From NCBI RefSeq assembly GCF_009914755.1, contig NC_060936.1: a stretch of DNA of 64,000 nucleotides. One strand, 5' to 3'. Below are positions 39,937 through 53,698 of the stretch, piece by piece; position 1 is the first letter of the stretch, and the number at the start of each line of letters is the position of its first letter. The DNA comes from the human T2T-CHM13v2.0 reference genome, Homo sapiens. The translations under genes were made by a program, and so were the position numbers. A model generated the notes under the pieces. It was not told the origin of the DNA and did no database searches. It saw nothing but the letters and a program-made list of their open reading frames with translations.

Positions 39937-40650
39937 ATTCAACACATTTTCTGAGGACCTACTTTATGCCAAGCATTTTCTAGGTAATAGGAATGTAAGT
40001 AAAGGAATGTAGCAAAGAACCAGACAAATGTCTCTGCCATCACAAAGTTTATATCATGGTGGAAGAGAGAGACAATAAATACAGTATGTAGTATGTTAAA
40101 TGGTAATAAATGCTAAAGAGGAAACACAGAGGAAAAAGAAGAGGCTTATGAGTTGTGGGGGTAGAAAAGGGGTGGGAATATCAAATGGGACCATCAGAGA
40201 AGATCTCACTGAGAAGAGGATATTTGTGCAAAGCCCTGAGGGAGTAAGGACTCTACAAGAATATCTGATGAAAGAGCATTCCAGACAGAAAGAACAGCAG
40301 GTGCAAAGTCCCCAAGGCAGGACCATGCCTGGAGGATTCAAGGGGCAACAAGGGTGCCCATGTGGCTGGAACAGAGAGAGACAGAAGTATGAGATGGGGT
40401 CAGAGATGATGGCAGGCCATAATAAAAACTAGGCTTTTACAGTGAGTGAGATGGGAATCATTGGGGGATTTGGAGCAAAAAGTGACACAATTTTATATTT
40501 TAACAAAATAAATCTGGCCTCTGTGTTGAAAATAGAACTTTAGGGCAACACAGGTGAGGGCAGAAAGGCTAGTTAGGAGGCTGCCGGAATAATCCAGGGG
40601 GGAAATGGCGTGAGTTTCCCAGGTGATAGCAGTGGAAGAAGTTAGTGGTA
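39935..40650. mobile_element. L2 3' fragment
   Basis: ATTCAACACATTTTCTGAGGACCTACT...GAACAGCAGGTGCAAAG...GTTAGGAGGCTG. Representative of several L2 pieces (also about 9.1, 12.7, 27.4, 45.7-46.4 and 58.2-58.8 kb). Confidence 0.78.
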
Positions 40651-40674
40651 TATTCTAAAGACACATCACCTATA

Positions 40675-40795
40675 GATGCATAGATATGGATGGATGGATG
40701 GATGGATGGACAGGTGGATGGATAATGGATGGATGGATGATGGATGGATGGATGAATGAGTGCTGGATGGAGAATGGATGACTAGGATAGGATAG
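40675..40795. repeat. (GGAT)n simple repeat
   Basis: Read directly. Confidence 0.95.
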
Positions 40796-43700
40796 CATAT
40801 TGTAATGTATAACACATAAGTGAACATATCAAAATTTGAGGGAGGGCCAATGAGATTCTGCAGTTAGTCTAGAAAAGGTAGAAATAGCATATTCCTCTCC
40901 TCAGGAAATTTACCATTCTAGAGTGACTCCCCCAACAATCCTGAAGGCAGATATTATCATGCCCAATTTATAGAGGAGGAAACTGAGATTCAGAGAAGTT
41001 TCCACCCTCCCCCCGCCCCCCGCCGCAATGTCAAACAACTAGTAAGTGGCAACACCAATATTCCAAAATTCTATCTCACTCCAAATCTTCGGGGCAAATA
41101 CTGTAACCTGAGAAATGGGAAACATGTCCCTTCACCCCAAAGAAACATACAGGGCAAAAGAAAGAAACATTTACAGAGGAGAAGAACTAAAAAAGAATCA
41201 AAAGTCGGCAGTTTGTTTATAAGTACAGGAGATGGAAGTGGGGGCAAGCAGTTCATAAAAAGTGTCAGCTGAGAGAGACGAATAAAGATCTTTCCGTCTA
41301 AGATGACCTGACATGAGTAGAGACTGCATCCGTAGGCGTCATGCTCTTTCTCCAAGGCTGCAGTTATTTATCTGCTTGAGCTCTTGTTTTTTCCCTTGCT
41401 TTAAAGTGAAATGCGCAAACACTCCCACTTCAAAGGGAAAAATCCTCATAAATGTCATTTTACTGCCGGCCTAGAAGAATAGCATCAACAGATCCTGAAA
41501 GCAGGGTGGGTGCAGGGACCCCAGGCATGTCTGTGACTAAGAAGGAAAATGGTCACTGGTTGCTGCGATAGCAGAGAAGCCAGCCTTGAATGAACTCAGC
41601 TGAGTACATGCCTATAGCAGCTAAGATCATGGCTAAGACCATGACACTGCCTTAGTTCAAATCCAAAATATGTCTCTTTTTAGTCAGACAAGTCCCTCGA
41701 CAAAACTGGGCCTTGGTTTCTTCGTCTGTAAAATGGAGTGATTTCAAAGTTATTTTTAGGGTTTTAAAAAGTTCAATGTGATATACCTAGCACAGTGCCT
41801 GGCAAGTAAGTCTTCAGCAGATGTTAGCTGTTGTCTTTGGGTATCTCTCGCATGGACAGATCTGGGTCTGATTGTTATGGTGCTTCTTGTGGCAGAAAGT
41901 GAGTGGCGTCTTCTCATATATGTGGGCATTCAAGATGTGAATTATCAGGTAAGATGCAGGTACCCAGGTAAGAAATAGGAACTTGGAAAGCAGGCTGTAG
42001 AAACTGGGCCAACACTACTGACTAGAGACCCAAGAGTTATTCCTCCTCCCTTCTCCCTGGCTACCATCCGCTGTAGAGGCTAGAAAGCGAAACACGGTCA
42101 GCCTCCCTTGCAGCTATGGGACTAGTCCTGTTCAGGAAACAGAAATGAAAGCCCGCAAGGGAGAATTTTGGAAACATTATATATAATTTGATAAAAAGAG
42201 ACAGCCTTAACCTGGACCTTCCCATTTTCCCTTTTCTTCTTTCCCCTCTGGCAATGCAGGAAGTAACCATCTTGTGGCCATGAGGGAGAGCCCAAGAGAA
42301 TCCCAGGAGCTCTCAAAAGAATACTATTGGCTTACTGAGCCAATGCCAACAATCTACTGCATACTCACAAGGACTTCTGATATGTGGGTGATTTAAGCCT
42401 CTGTCATTAGGTTTTCCATGATTTGCAGTCATTTGCATTTTTAGCTAACACAAACACAAGAGGGAAAAGTCCTTCCTTTCCTTAGGCCCAGTTCCCCCGA
42501 ATCTCAACTTCAAGCAGCCTAGATGTCATCAGGAATACCTCCAGCTTGTTGGAAAACGTTGGCTTCTGCTTCATCAATAGCCAGGAAATAGGCAGAAAGA
42601 CACCCTAAAGACACTTCAAGCCAAAGAGGAATGTAACTTAGCTAGTGGGACAAATCATCTATTTCTTCTCAATGTCCTCTCAGTTTATTTCCCTTGTGCC
42701 ATCCCAGAGCCTTTAGGGAGATGCTATTTGACATCCTGTCCTGGTCTCAGATTTGCTACAGGGAATTAGAAGGAGGGCTGCAAGTCTGCCTAGGTTAGAT
42801 CATTGAATGGAGAATGAGGACTGGCCAAGGGAAATTGGTATCTTGGGGGAAAGAAAATCAGAGCTTTAAGATTTCCTCCCTTCCTTCACACTGTGGAGTC
42901 AAGACTGATTTTGTTCAGGGCCCAGGAAGTTCCTAACAGCTACAGCAGAGTTTTCCAAACAGTTTCCTTCTTCAAGTTCTCAGCTTAAAAAGGAAGTTCA
43001 CAGATAATTGACACCTCAACCCTATTTACATTGCTTGTTCAATCGAGTTCATTCTCCCCAAAAACTAAAGCACATGTCTACATCAGATGAGTTTCTTAAT
43101 GCTTATCCTACAGATAAAATACATTCTGCCATTACAGTCCTTAATCATTTATTCATGCATGTGTGGGCTGATTGATTGATGAACTGATTGATTCTTTAAC
43201 ATTTGTTGAGCACCTACTGTAGGCCAAATTCTGCATGGAATGGAATTTTAAGTATGACAAGTGGCACATGCCAGCCTTTGTATGGAAACAACATCCTGGG
43301 TTTCATCCACTTCCTATGATAAACCTTCTTCAAAACTCATCTAGGGAAACTTCCTCCCAATCTATACATTCCATAATTTACCACCTGGTTGATATTTTTA
43401 TTGGTTTTGCTCCAAGAGAGCCTAGTTGCAGTTGTTCAAACAGTTTTGCTTAGTCAGCCTGCAAATGAATTTTTAAAAATATCTTGGCAAGTGTACAACT
43501 TGCATTGGAGAATTCTGCATGACTTTATTGTGCTTTTACAGAGGGTAGGAGTATATAGAATGGAATATATCACAAAACCTTTGTAGTAGTTTTGGAAGAT
43601 GGGGGACAAATTGCTTTGCTCAGGACATATAACCACACTACCACCTGGTGGTAATGTTGTACCTGAAACCCTTGAATAAAGGTGGCCCTGAGCCCAAATT

Positions 43701-44209
43701 TTTGGTGAAATTTATGAATTGGAGAGAGATTTTTCATGTATGAAATTAAAAGGGCCAAGCATCCATGTAAAACCATATCTCAGAAATCTGATGAAAATTC
43801 AGATCAATACTTCCCAATTATCATCTTTAACTGTCATATTTATGGTGAATCATAACTGTTCTCAGAAGCAAAGTGCTTTTCATGTGCCTGACTTGAGATA
43901 ACATTACTATTGCTTCCATTTCACAGCTGAGAAAACGGAGGCTCAAAGAGGCCATGGAACTGCCCAGGGTGTAGAGTTAGCAAAATAGGGAAGCCAGGAC
44001 TCAAACCCACATTTTCTGATGCTGAAAAACACACTATGCATTTAGGAAGGGTATCATTATACTTTTGGGTGCTGTTTAAATTGAAAATCAACGCATGAAT
44101 CAATGACATAACAGAGCACATTGGCATCAAGGCAAGTAAATAGAATAAAGAAAACAATAGGTAGTGTGTCTGTATCTGTGTTGACTGATTATACATAGGA
44201 CAAATAGCC

Positions 44210-44672
44210 TTGTCTTAGGTTAGGCCAGATGCCCTAGAAGCAGAGCCTGGGACAAGGATTAGGTGCCAGTGATTTATTGAGTGCCCTTAAGAGAAACCTA
44301 TATTGGTATGGAAGAAACAAGATAGAAAAGTGGAAGAAGTCAGGCAATGATGTGGTTTCAGGTAAAATCTAGCCTCATCCTGATCTGACCAGGAGCCCTG
44401 GGGTGTTAATGGCACTGCACACCTTGAGATGAGGAGACTTGACTTTTGTACCCCAGCATATGCCAGTCACTGACTATGGGCTGCCATGGAAGGGAATGTA
44501 AAACTCTCAGTTTCCTGCAGGCAAAGTGGCTCCGGTCGCTCCAAAGCAATTCTCTGAAGAAGGGTTGGAGGTATGAGCAGTTAGCAGCACCCTACACAAC
44601 AGCTGGGTGATGCAGACTCAGTTGCCAAAGAGGATCCCAGGGGATCAGGTAAGGCACCAACAGCATCCCTAC
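44210..44672. mobile_element. LTR16-like solo LTR
   Basis: TGTCTTAGGTTAGG...CCCTAGAAGCAGAGCCTGGGACAAGGATT...TGATTTATTGAG. Confidence 0.65.
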
Positions 44673-45093
44673 AGATCCCCAAATCTGCAAAAGGGAGACA
44701 CAATGAGATGACTGTCAGTGTAGCCTAATTTCTCCAGGAAACAGCCTATCCACACCACCAGGAAGAAAGGCCTCTGCCCTGTTTCTAAGCACTGTTCAAT
44801 TCACACAATCTTTCCTAATAGGGTCAGAGAGAATATGATATTTCAGTTGGGAATGGAATTGAAAAAAATTATTCAGGTGGGTTCATAAGTAAGGGTGGGA
44901 CAGGAATACAAATTGGAAATAATCACACGTCCAATTCTAGAAAAATGACTAGGTAAATTATAACACAGCCACATGGCAGAATATCATGCCTTCATTAACA
45001 CTGAAGGTCATACTAAGAATTGGTGATTGTCACCTTTCATCTGGCTTGTTTCCATCTGAACTCCTGGCTTCTATCTATGTCTCCTACAGCCTA

Positions 45094-45680
45094 TGTATTA
45101 GTCAGGGTTCTCCAGAAGGACATAACTAATAGGATCTATGTATATATGAGACAGAGTTTATTAGGGAGAATTAACCCACACCATCACAAGGCGAAGTCCC
45201 ATGATAGACTCTCTGTAAACTGGGGAAGAAATAAGCCAGTAGTAGCTCAGTCTGAGTCCAAAAGCCTCAAAAATAGAAAAGCCAACAGTGCAGACTTCAG
45301 TCTGTGGCCCAAGGCCCAAGAGCCCCCTGGCAAATCACTGATATAAATCCAAGAGTCCAAAGGCTGAAGAACCTGGAGTCTGATGTCCAAGGGCAGGAAG
45401 AGCGGAAGGAAGCATCCAGCTTGGGAGAAAGATGAAAGCCAGAACACTTAGCAAGCAAGGTCATCCCACCTTCTTTTGCCTGCTTTGTTCCAGCTGTACT
45501 CACAGCCGATTGGATGGTGCTCACCCACACTGAGGATGGGTATTCCTCGCCAACTCCACTGACTCGAATGTCAATTTCCTCTGGCAGCACCCTTACAGAC
45601 ACACCCAGAAACAATACTTTTACCAGCTATCTAGGCATCCTTCAATCCAATCAAGTTGACACCTAATATTAATCATCACA
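45094..45680 (-). mobile_element. MLT2-family (ERVL) solo LTR, complete
   Basis: TGTATTAGTCAGGGTTCTCC...TTAATCATCACA with a 5-bp TSD GCCTA (45089-45093 and 45681-45685). Confidence 0.93.
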
Positions 45681-46085
45681 GCCTATGATAAACACAACAG
45701 CTAGAGATCAGTTTTAAAATCACAGATCAATTCACATGATGCTTATGCTTTCAAAACTTTCTGACAGCTTCTCATCGTACTTTTAATGAAAGTCACAGTC
45801 CTCACCCTAGCTCACAGGGTCGTACAAGCCCTCAGAAATCTGCTCCCTGCTATCTTTCTCACACCAACTCCTACCACTCTCCCCATCCCCGGCCACTCCC
45901 TTCTAGCCACTGTGGCCTCCATGAGGTGCCTCAAATGCACCCGCACACACTCACCCCGGGGCCTTTGCACAGTGGTTCCCTCTGCCTGGATGTTCTTTTT
46001 GCTGACTCCCTCACCTCCTTCAGTTCTAGGCCCAGGTGCCAGTTTCTCATTAAGGCCTTCTCCAGCTACCCTGTTTACAATTTAA

Positions 46086-46134
<49 letters not shown>

Positions 46135-46861
46135 CACTCTTTCCTCCTTTCCTGCTTTATTTTTCTTCATCACATCTAGTATTACCATCTCACACCTATA
46201 TATTTTTTGCATTTGTTTTGTGTACTATTTCTCTGAACTAGAAAGTAAGATCTGAGAAGGCAGGTATTTGGGTTCATGCCATTCACTTCTGTGTCCCCAG
46301 CATCTAGGACGATTACACAGTGGGTGCTCCAAAAGTATATGCTGATTGAGTGAATGAAGAAATAAATGACTAATGGAGACACTGCACTTGCTTAATAGAA
46401 AAATACACTTGTTATGAAAGCAGAATGCACAAATATATACACTCAGAATGAGTTTACTTACACAAAATAAATATACGTCTTGCAGAAGAAAGAGACTGGA
46501 AGGAAATTCAGCATCATGTGGACAGTGGTTAAATTTAGTGGCAGTAGTATTAATAATTATTATATTCTTCTCAGTACTTTTCTGCAGGGACCAATTTTCT
46601 ACTGTGGCCACGTGTAAAATATTTTAGCTGAGGGGAAATGCTTGGTTTGGTCTTGTTTTTTAAAAAATGAAAGTTGAAACATGAAAGAGTTTTGATGGAT
46701 TAATCAGTTTAATGATCATTTCCACAGCACAAAAGACAAGCAACATATTAAATGCCTGCTGCGTATGTCATCCTGTGGCGAGACATGAAGGAAGATACAG
46801 TCCTACATTATCCTGTGTTTAGGCCCAATGCCTGGCTTGTCCCACGTGCTCATTAAGAGTT

Positions 46862-47130
46862 TAAGAATGGAAAGAAGAGTGGAAAGGAAAGAGAAAGGAA
46901 GAGATGGAGGAAGAAGGAAAGGAGGGAGAAAGAAGGAGAAAGGGAAGAAGTGAGAAAGGGAGGCAAGAAAGGGGAGAAAGGGGAGGGGAAGGAAGGGAAG
47001 GGAAAGGGGGAGGGGAGGAGGGAGGGAAGGGGGAGGGGGAGGGGGGAGGGGAAGAGGAAGAGGAGGGGGAGGGGAGGAGGGAGTGGAGGGAAGGAAAGAA
47101 TATGAGAGAGGGAGAGAGGAGGGAGGAAAC
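46862..47130. repeat. GA-rich polypurine low-complexity tract
   Basis: Almost pure purine on the + strand. Confidence 0.95.
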
Positions 47131-48691
47131 CTATATACATCAAAATCTCATCCTCTATCATGATGGAGTCTGAAGGCTTCTCCCCCAGTTCTTGGCTGGG
47201 GTGGGGCCACCTAGGGAGGCCAGTTCTTAGGCTGAGGCAATCATCTGTTGGGCAAACACTATGTGTCAGACCCCAGATAACTTGGGGTCCAACCATGCAC
47301 AAGTGCCTTCAATTCTCTGAGGCTTTGAGCTCCACTGCACAATGGGATGTTCACATCAGCACCCCTTTTAATGTCTCTTAGTCCACATAATGAACTGATG
47401 AGATAGGCATTATTCACCCCAATTTAAACATGCAACACTGAGGTGACAAGAGAGGATACAGCCCCTGTCCAAAGTCATACACACAACTATTAAATAGCAG
47501 AGACAGATTTGATCCTATTCTCCAAAGCCTTTTATTTTCCCTAACTATGCATGCTTCCTTGGAAAGGGCATTTGAGTGTGAAAGCAGATCTTGGAAAGAG
47601 GGGAGTCTCTAAGGCTAAGAAACAAGCGTGCTGGACCTTGGGCCATTTAGGCGCTGGTTCTCTGTGCTCTGATGGTAAGCAGACATCTTTGCATCTCCAC
47701 ACCCGCCGGGAGTGAAATCTTCTGTGTTCAAGAGACAGTAGTTCACCCAAGGTCAGGGTAATTGTGCATGATTAATGGTTGTCTCTTCGTGAAAGACCCA
47801 CACAAAAGCTCCAAACCAACTTAGTCGTAATTTCATACTTCTCCCAGTCCACTTAGAAGAACGGGGTTTTATTTCCTGTGTGCACAGCCACGAAATCAGA
47901 ATCTTCAGCTCAGGAAAAGAGCTTCTAAACCTCTGATTCACAGACCGTGTTTTGCCAAGGCCAGGGCCAGACAGCAAGGAATGTGTCTGGCCCCTTTAGG
48001 TAAGAAGGAAAAGAGAGGTTATAATAGAAAGAAGAGGGAATTGTCAATTGCTCACCGTGCACCAAGCATCATCCCATGTTTGTTAGATGAGTTAACTCCC
48101 TCAATCCTCAAATCCAATCTGTGATTATCTCCATTTTACTAAGGAAACTGAGGCACAGAGAGGATAAGTAGTTTAGGTCACATGGCTACAGTTAGGGAGC
48201 CAGGATTTGAACCTTGATCATCTGGCTCCAGAACCAGGTGTTAAGGAAGCCCTGTCCAGCTTCATGTTTTAGATAGACTCCAAATCTTCACGGTGGTCGT
48301 AAGTCAAATCAACTTGATTGACAACTCAGTGTAAAGTGGTTTCTTTACAAGCAACGACCCTATGCCCATCAAAACTAGAGTTGTCACCCTTCCAATGGCT
48401 CATGTCGTATCGCCTACCTGTCCCCACCCCAAGATCCATCCAAACTGCCCCTTTGGTGTCAGCCATGCCCAGTGACCTTCTATTTCCCCGTGGGCGTGGT
48501 GCTTTTGCATCTCTCCACACCTTTGCACCTGTTGTGCTCCCCTGCCTGGAATGCCGGTCTTGTCCAGCGTTTGCCTACTTAGTCTCGTCGAGCCTTTGCC
48601 TACTTGGCCAAATCCGGCTCACCTTTCGTGACTCAGGTTGAGCATCTCCCCCAACAAATAGTGACGAGTGGATGAAGCAAAACATTAAATC

Positions 48692-48990
48692 CAAGTTCAC
48701 TAACTGGCATCCCATGGTCCAGATGTGTTCTTCAACAGAATGTGGTTTGGCCACATGGTGCTTTTAGCAATTTGAATTCATTGCTATAATTTTTAAAGTA
48801 GGAGATATCACCTTAAAAAAATTTGGAGTTCTGGAGGTTCTTGAAAAGCCGGACGATCTGGTGACTGGACCTAAAACCTTGTATAGCCACAACTAGCTGG
48901 AGCTGGGCAGTGGCTGTCCCCTTTGGTGGATGGGATACGGGCTCTCCAGACCACCAGAGCCCCCTCCACCCCCATCGCTGCCTACCTTAT
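48692..48990. mobile_element. MER102-like hAT element
   Basis: Resembles the recalled MER102 consensus (TTCTTGAAAAGCCGGACGATCTGG; GGCAGTGGCTGTCCCCTTT). Confidence 0.55.
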
Positions 48991-49003
48991 TCATGTATCA
49001 CCC

Positions 49004-49452
49004 TATGTTAGGGTTCTCTAGAGGGACAGAACTAATAGGACAGATGTATATATAAAGAGGAGTTTATTAAGGAGTATTAACTCACACGATCACAAGGTAA
49101 GGTCCCACAATAGGCCATCTGCAAGCTGAGGATCAAGGAAGCCAGTCCGAGTCCCAAAGCTGAAGAACTCGGAGTCTGATGTTCGAGGGCAGGAAGCATC
49201 CAGCATGGGAGAAAGATGCAGGCCAGAAGACTAAACCAGTCTAGTCTTTCCACATTCTTCTGCCTGCTTTTTATTCTGGCCACACTGGCAGCTGATTAGA
49301 TGGTGCCCACCCAGATTGAGGGTGGGTCTGCCTTTCCCAGTCCACTAATTCAAATGTTAATCTCCTTTGGCAACACCCTCAGAGACACACCCAGGAAAAA
49401 TACTTTGCATCCTTCAGTCCAATCAAGTTGACACTCAATATTAACCATCACA
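49004..49452 (-). mobile_element. MLT2A-like solo LTR, complete
   Basis: AGGGTTCTCTAGAGGGACAGAACTAATAGG...TTAACCATCACA with a 5-bp TSD CACCC. Confidence 0.93.
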
Positions 49453-50593
49453 CACCCCCATCTTGCCCGTGTAGGTCTTGGAGTTTTTAAGACTTGCTCT
49501 ATAGGACAGTCTGCAAAATAGAAGTTTGGAAGCACAGAAAGGGAGTCTCTGCTCTGAATTGCCCCTTTCCATTGTGGTGCCTGCCTGGCCTTGCCCTCTG
49601 CAGGACATATTATATAACAGATCAGGCCACTGGCTCCAGAAGTGTGTGATAGGAAAAACCATATCCCATTCATTTATTTATTTCACAAATATTTTTTGGA
49701 GGACTCACGACGTGCAAGGAATTCTGTCTAATTGGCATGCATTTCAGGGAAGCTGCCAGAAGACAGTCACCTCTAACCCTCTAACTTTTTATCTTTTCTC
49801 CTGAAACCTTTAAAATGCAACTTCGCCATGCTGTATCCAAGTTTCTAAGCCTTAGAAATTTCATCTCTTGCAAATGGACCATTAAAGACGCCCTCCCTGC
49901 CTCCTCTTGGCAACTCCTTTAGTGGTTGATGTGGCTCTTTGAGTGTGTCTTTCAGATGCTCTGGGTCTCGGCTAATCTACAGCTCGCTTTCATGTGTGCT
50001 TAGTTACAGACAATGAGGGGAAGCAGCCCAGGACTGTGCCTCCTAGTCAGGCTCATTACAGCATCCTCGGCCTGTGTAGAAGATGCGGATACCTTGCCCC
50101 AAACCCAGCCTGGCAACTTTTATTGGAGCTTAGGCTTTAACTGGGGATTTTAAAGAGCTGGAGGTTTTATGGGAGACAGCTGGAATGCCAATCCCTATAG
50201 GTAGCTGCAGCCGGAGCCTCCAGAAAGGAAACAGTGGGTTTCCAGGCAGACCAGTTCAGCCTCCTCACGCCCAGGGGAGGAAGGAAGGAGGTGACTGCCA
50301 GCTGCCCTCTGATCTTTGAACCTGGGCCTGTCAGCTTCACAGGGGAGCAGCAGAGCATTCAGTCAACCCGAGGATCCCTGTTCTCTCCACCTGGGATACC
50401 TCACCCAGCCCCGACCTCCACTGTCCTGAGTGCAATAGCCCCCACCCTTGCCTGTCTGTCCTCACCGATGGGTAAGGCTGTTCATGAACAAGGACACCAC
50501 ACAGCAGGATTGTGGCGGGTCTTCCAGTAGAATCATACTGTATTTTCCTGATTCTTCGCTGGCTAGTGATTCCAGAAACCCAGACCACAGGTG

Positions 50594-50607
50594 GTTGCCA
50601 TGGCAAC
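50594..50607. promoter_or_regulatory. Perfect palindromic RFX X-box motif
   Basis: GTTGCCATGGCAAC. Motif match only. Confidence 0.55.
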
Positions 50608-52544
50608 TGGGCTCAGATTTTTTTTTCTTTTTTTTTTTTTTTAACTGTGTTGTATATCCAAGAGAAGGAGGGCACATTTGGGGAAGGGGTGGGGATGGTG
50701 GAGGAAGCTCCATCAGATTTACCTTCCTGCTTCTGGCCTTTTATCTCAGGCTGAGACCACAGCCACTGTGAGAGGACCAGGGAGTAATTCCTGGAGGGAT
50801 TCCGCAGGGCGCAATCAGAGGGCCTTTGGGGGGTTTCCGAGGCCTCCCCTCTCCATTTCCTTCCTAATTGTGACATCATGAACGCCCTAACAAGTTAGGC
50901 ATGTGGAAGGCTCCAATTCCTGCCTGCCCTCTCCCTTCCCCCACCGCCTCTCCCAGCTACAGATACTGACCCAGACCTGCAGAAAGAAGGACATCCAGTC
51001 TGGAGACCTAGGCTGTGTGACCCTAGGAAATACACTTTGCTTCTCTGGGCCTCAGTTTTCCCATCTGTAAAGTGGAGTAGGTGGACCAGAAAAAAAAAAA
51101 AAAAAAGACAATTAGGTTTTCTCTCAGCTGCCATTTCTCAACTATCGGTAGAGGCTGTCTGAAGCACTCTGTCGAGAAGTCAGTTAGCAAATATCCGGGT
51201 TCTACTTTGCCATTGTTATAAAACACATCCACAGCTTCACCTGCAGGCTGCGGTTTTGGCTTTTTTGAGGTAGGAAACAAAAGTTGCTGCAAAGCAGTCT
51301 AAAGGAAGAATCCTTCCAAATCATCAAGATCATTTTCCTCCTCATCTCTTAAATTTTCTCATCCACACCTAATTCAATGGCAAGTGTTTTTAGCAACTCA
51401 AATCCAGTTGGGCGTTCTAAAGCATGCAGTTTCATTTTTATGAATGCAATTCTTCTTTTACACACTCATTTTCATTGGCTGATATGAAATTTTATTAAAT
51501 TGCATAATTACAATAACAAGAAGGGGTAGATTCAGCTTTGTGGGATCTGAAGCTTATACAATTTGGAAGCTCTTTCAGAGGAAAAAAAAGAAAATTATAA
51601 ACATAAATTTACCTACAAAACATAGATGCTTATTTAGAATGAGAAAATGTCACAATATGAATCACAAGTTTCTGCTTTTTTAAACATGAAAATACTACAA
51701 ATATCACAAAATCCAGAAGGTGATCATAATATTTGTATTAATTAACTACCTCTCACACCACTAAAATATTTTTTATCCTACAACTTCTGGCTACAGACTC
51801 TTAATCATTTCTTCTTTACACAGTAATTTGGGAATAATACATTCTAGAGGAAGAGTAGAATAATTCAGTATTTTCTTAAGCACAGTTGATTAAATGGTTT
51901 TTATATTTGAAATACATAAAATACGCAACTTCATGTACAGAAATAATCACCATTGGTATACTGCTTCAGGGTGTGCCCAGGACCCACAGAAATGGATAAA
52001 TTCTATTTTACATGATTCCCATTCAATAAAAAAAGGAATATGGGGTATGTATACCTGGTAAAGCTGTACTTACAAGCAAATTTCTGCTAGAAAGGAACTT
52101 CTATTTTGACGAGTTGTCATTCTAAAGGAATCCTCTTACAGTTTTGTGGGTTTGATGACTGAGCATTCTGATTCTCTACAGTTCAGAGTTTCTCTTCCAC
52201 AACCCACATACCTCTGGTGCCAGGCAACACAAAACATATTCATATTGTGACATGTTCTCTGACTCTGCACCTGAGTATCACAACATCAGTAAGTAGGCAT
52301 AGTAAGAGGAGGAACAGTTCTAGAACCCATTCCTACATTGGGATGGCTAGAAACAACTGCACAAAGAAATGACTTTAATTCACACAAATATATCGCATTA
52401 AAGCCAGTCTAAATATATTCCCAAATCAGCTTTATTTTAACAGTCATTCTAGTGGCCCCTGACATTTGGGAGGAATGCAAAGAGACTTGTTTTAACCAAT
52501 ACAATTTAAATATTTTATTTTGAAAAATGTTGAAAAACATCATG

Positions 52545-53698
52545 AGATATATCTGATAATGGACTTTATCCAAAATATATGAAGAACTCTTAAAACTCAA
52601 CCACAAGAAAATGAACAACCTGATTTAAAAAAATGGGGAAAAGACCTAAAGAGACACCTTGCCAAAGAAGACACACAGATGCCAAGTAAGCAAGTGAAAA
52701 GATGTTTCACATCCTAGGTCATTAGGGAACTGCAAATAAAACAACAATGGGATACCACAAAACACCTATTAGAATGGTCAAAATCCAAAACACGGACAAC
52801 ACCAAATGCTGACGAGGATGTGGAGCAATAAGAACTCATATTCATTGCTGGTGAGAATGCAAAATGGTGCAGCCACTTTGCAAGACAGTTTGGCAGTTTC
52901 TTAAAAAAGCTAAACATACTCTTACCATAAAATCCAAAAATCATACTCCTTGATATTTACCCAAATGTATTGACAACTTATATCCACACAAAAGCCTGGA
53001 CATGGATGTGTAGGCAGCTTTATTCATAACTGCCCAGACTTGGAAGTAACCACTTACCTTCAGTAGGTAAGTGGATAATCTATAGTATATCCAGACAGTG
53101 GAATATGATTCAGCCCTAAAAGAAATGAGTTATCCAGCCATGAAAAGACATGGTGGAAACTTAAATGCATGTTACCTTCCTGCTTCTGGCCTTTTATCTC
53201 AGGCTGAGACCACAGCCACTGTGAGAGGACCAGGGAGTAATTCCTGGAGGGCCTGAAAGAAGCCAATCTGCAAAGGCTATGTACTGCATGAATCCGACTA
53301 TATGACACTCTGGACAAAGCAAAACTATGGAAACAGTAAAAGATCAGTTGTTTCCAGGGGTTAAGAGGGAGAGAGGAATGAACAGGCAGAGCACAGGAAA
53401 TGTTTTTAGAGTAGGGAAACTATTCTGTGTGATACTACAATGGTGGATACATGTCATCATACATCTGTGCAAACCTATAGGATGACAACATCAAGACTGA
53501 CACCCTAATGTAAACTATGGACTCAGGTGATGATGTGTCCATGTATGTCCCTCAATTGTAACATGTGTGGGGAGCATGTTGATGATAAGAAAGGCTGTGC
53601 AAGTGTGGGGACAGGGTTGTGGGATATCTGTATCTTCCTATCAACATTTTTGGGAACGTAAAACTACTCTACAAATAAAGTTTATTAATTAAAAGAAA
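52545..53698 (+). mobile_element. L1MC-type 3' fragment
   Basis: ORF2-end and 3'UTR motifs (AAAATGGTGCAGCCACTTTG; CCCTAATGTAAACTATGGACT; AATAAA). Confidence 0.9.
53172..53251 (+). repeat. Perfect 80-bp direct copy of 50719-50798 inserted in the L1
   Basis: Identical base by base; also visible as the shared peptide PSRNYSLVLSQWLWSQPEIKGQKQEG in two ORF-track entries. Confidence 0.97.

Noticed and set aside
43680-43810. Possible ancient (UCON/Eulor-type) repeat fragments here and at about 7800-7920 and 17700-17870
   Set aside because: Only a vague resemblance; it cannot be supported without a Dfam HMM search.
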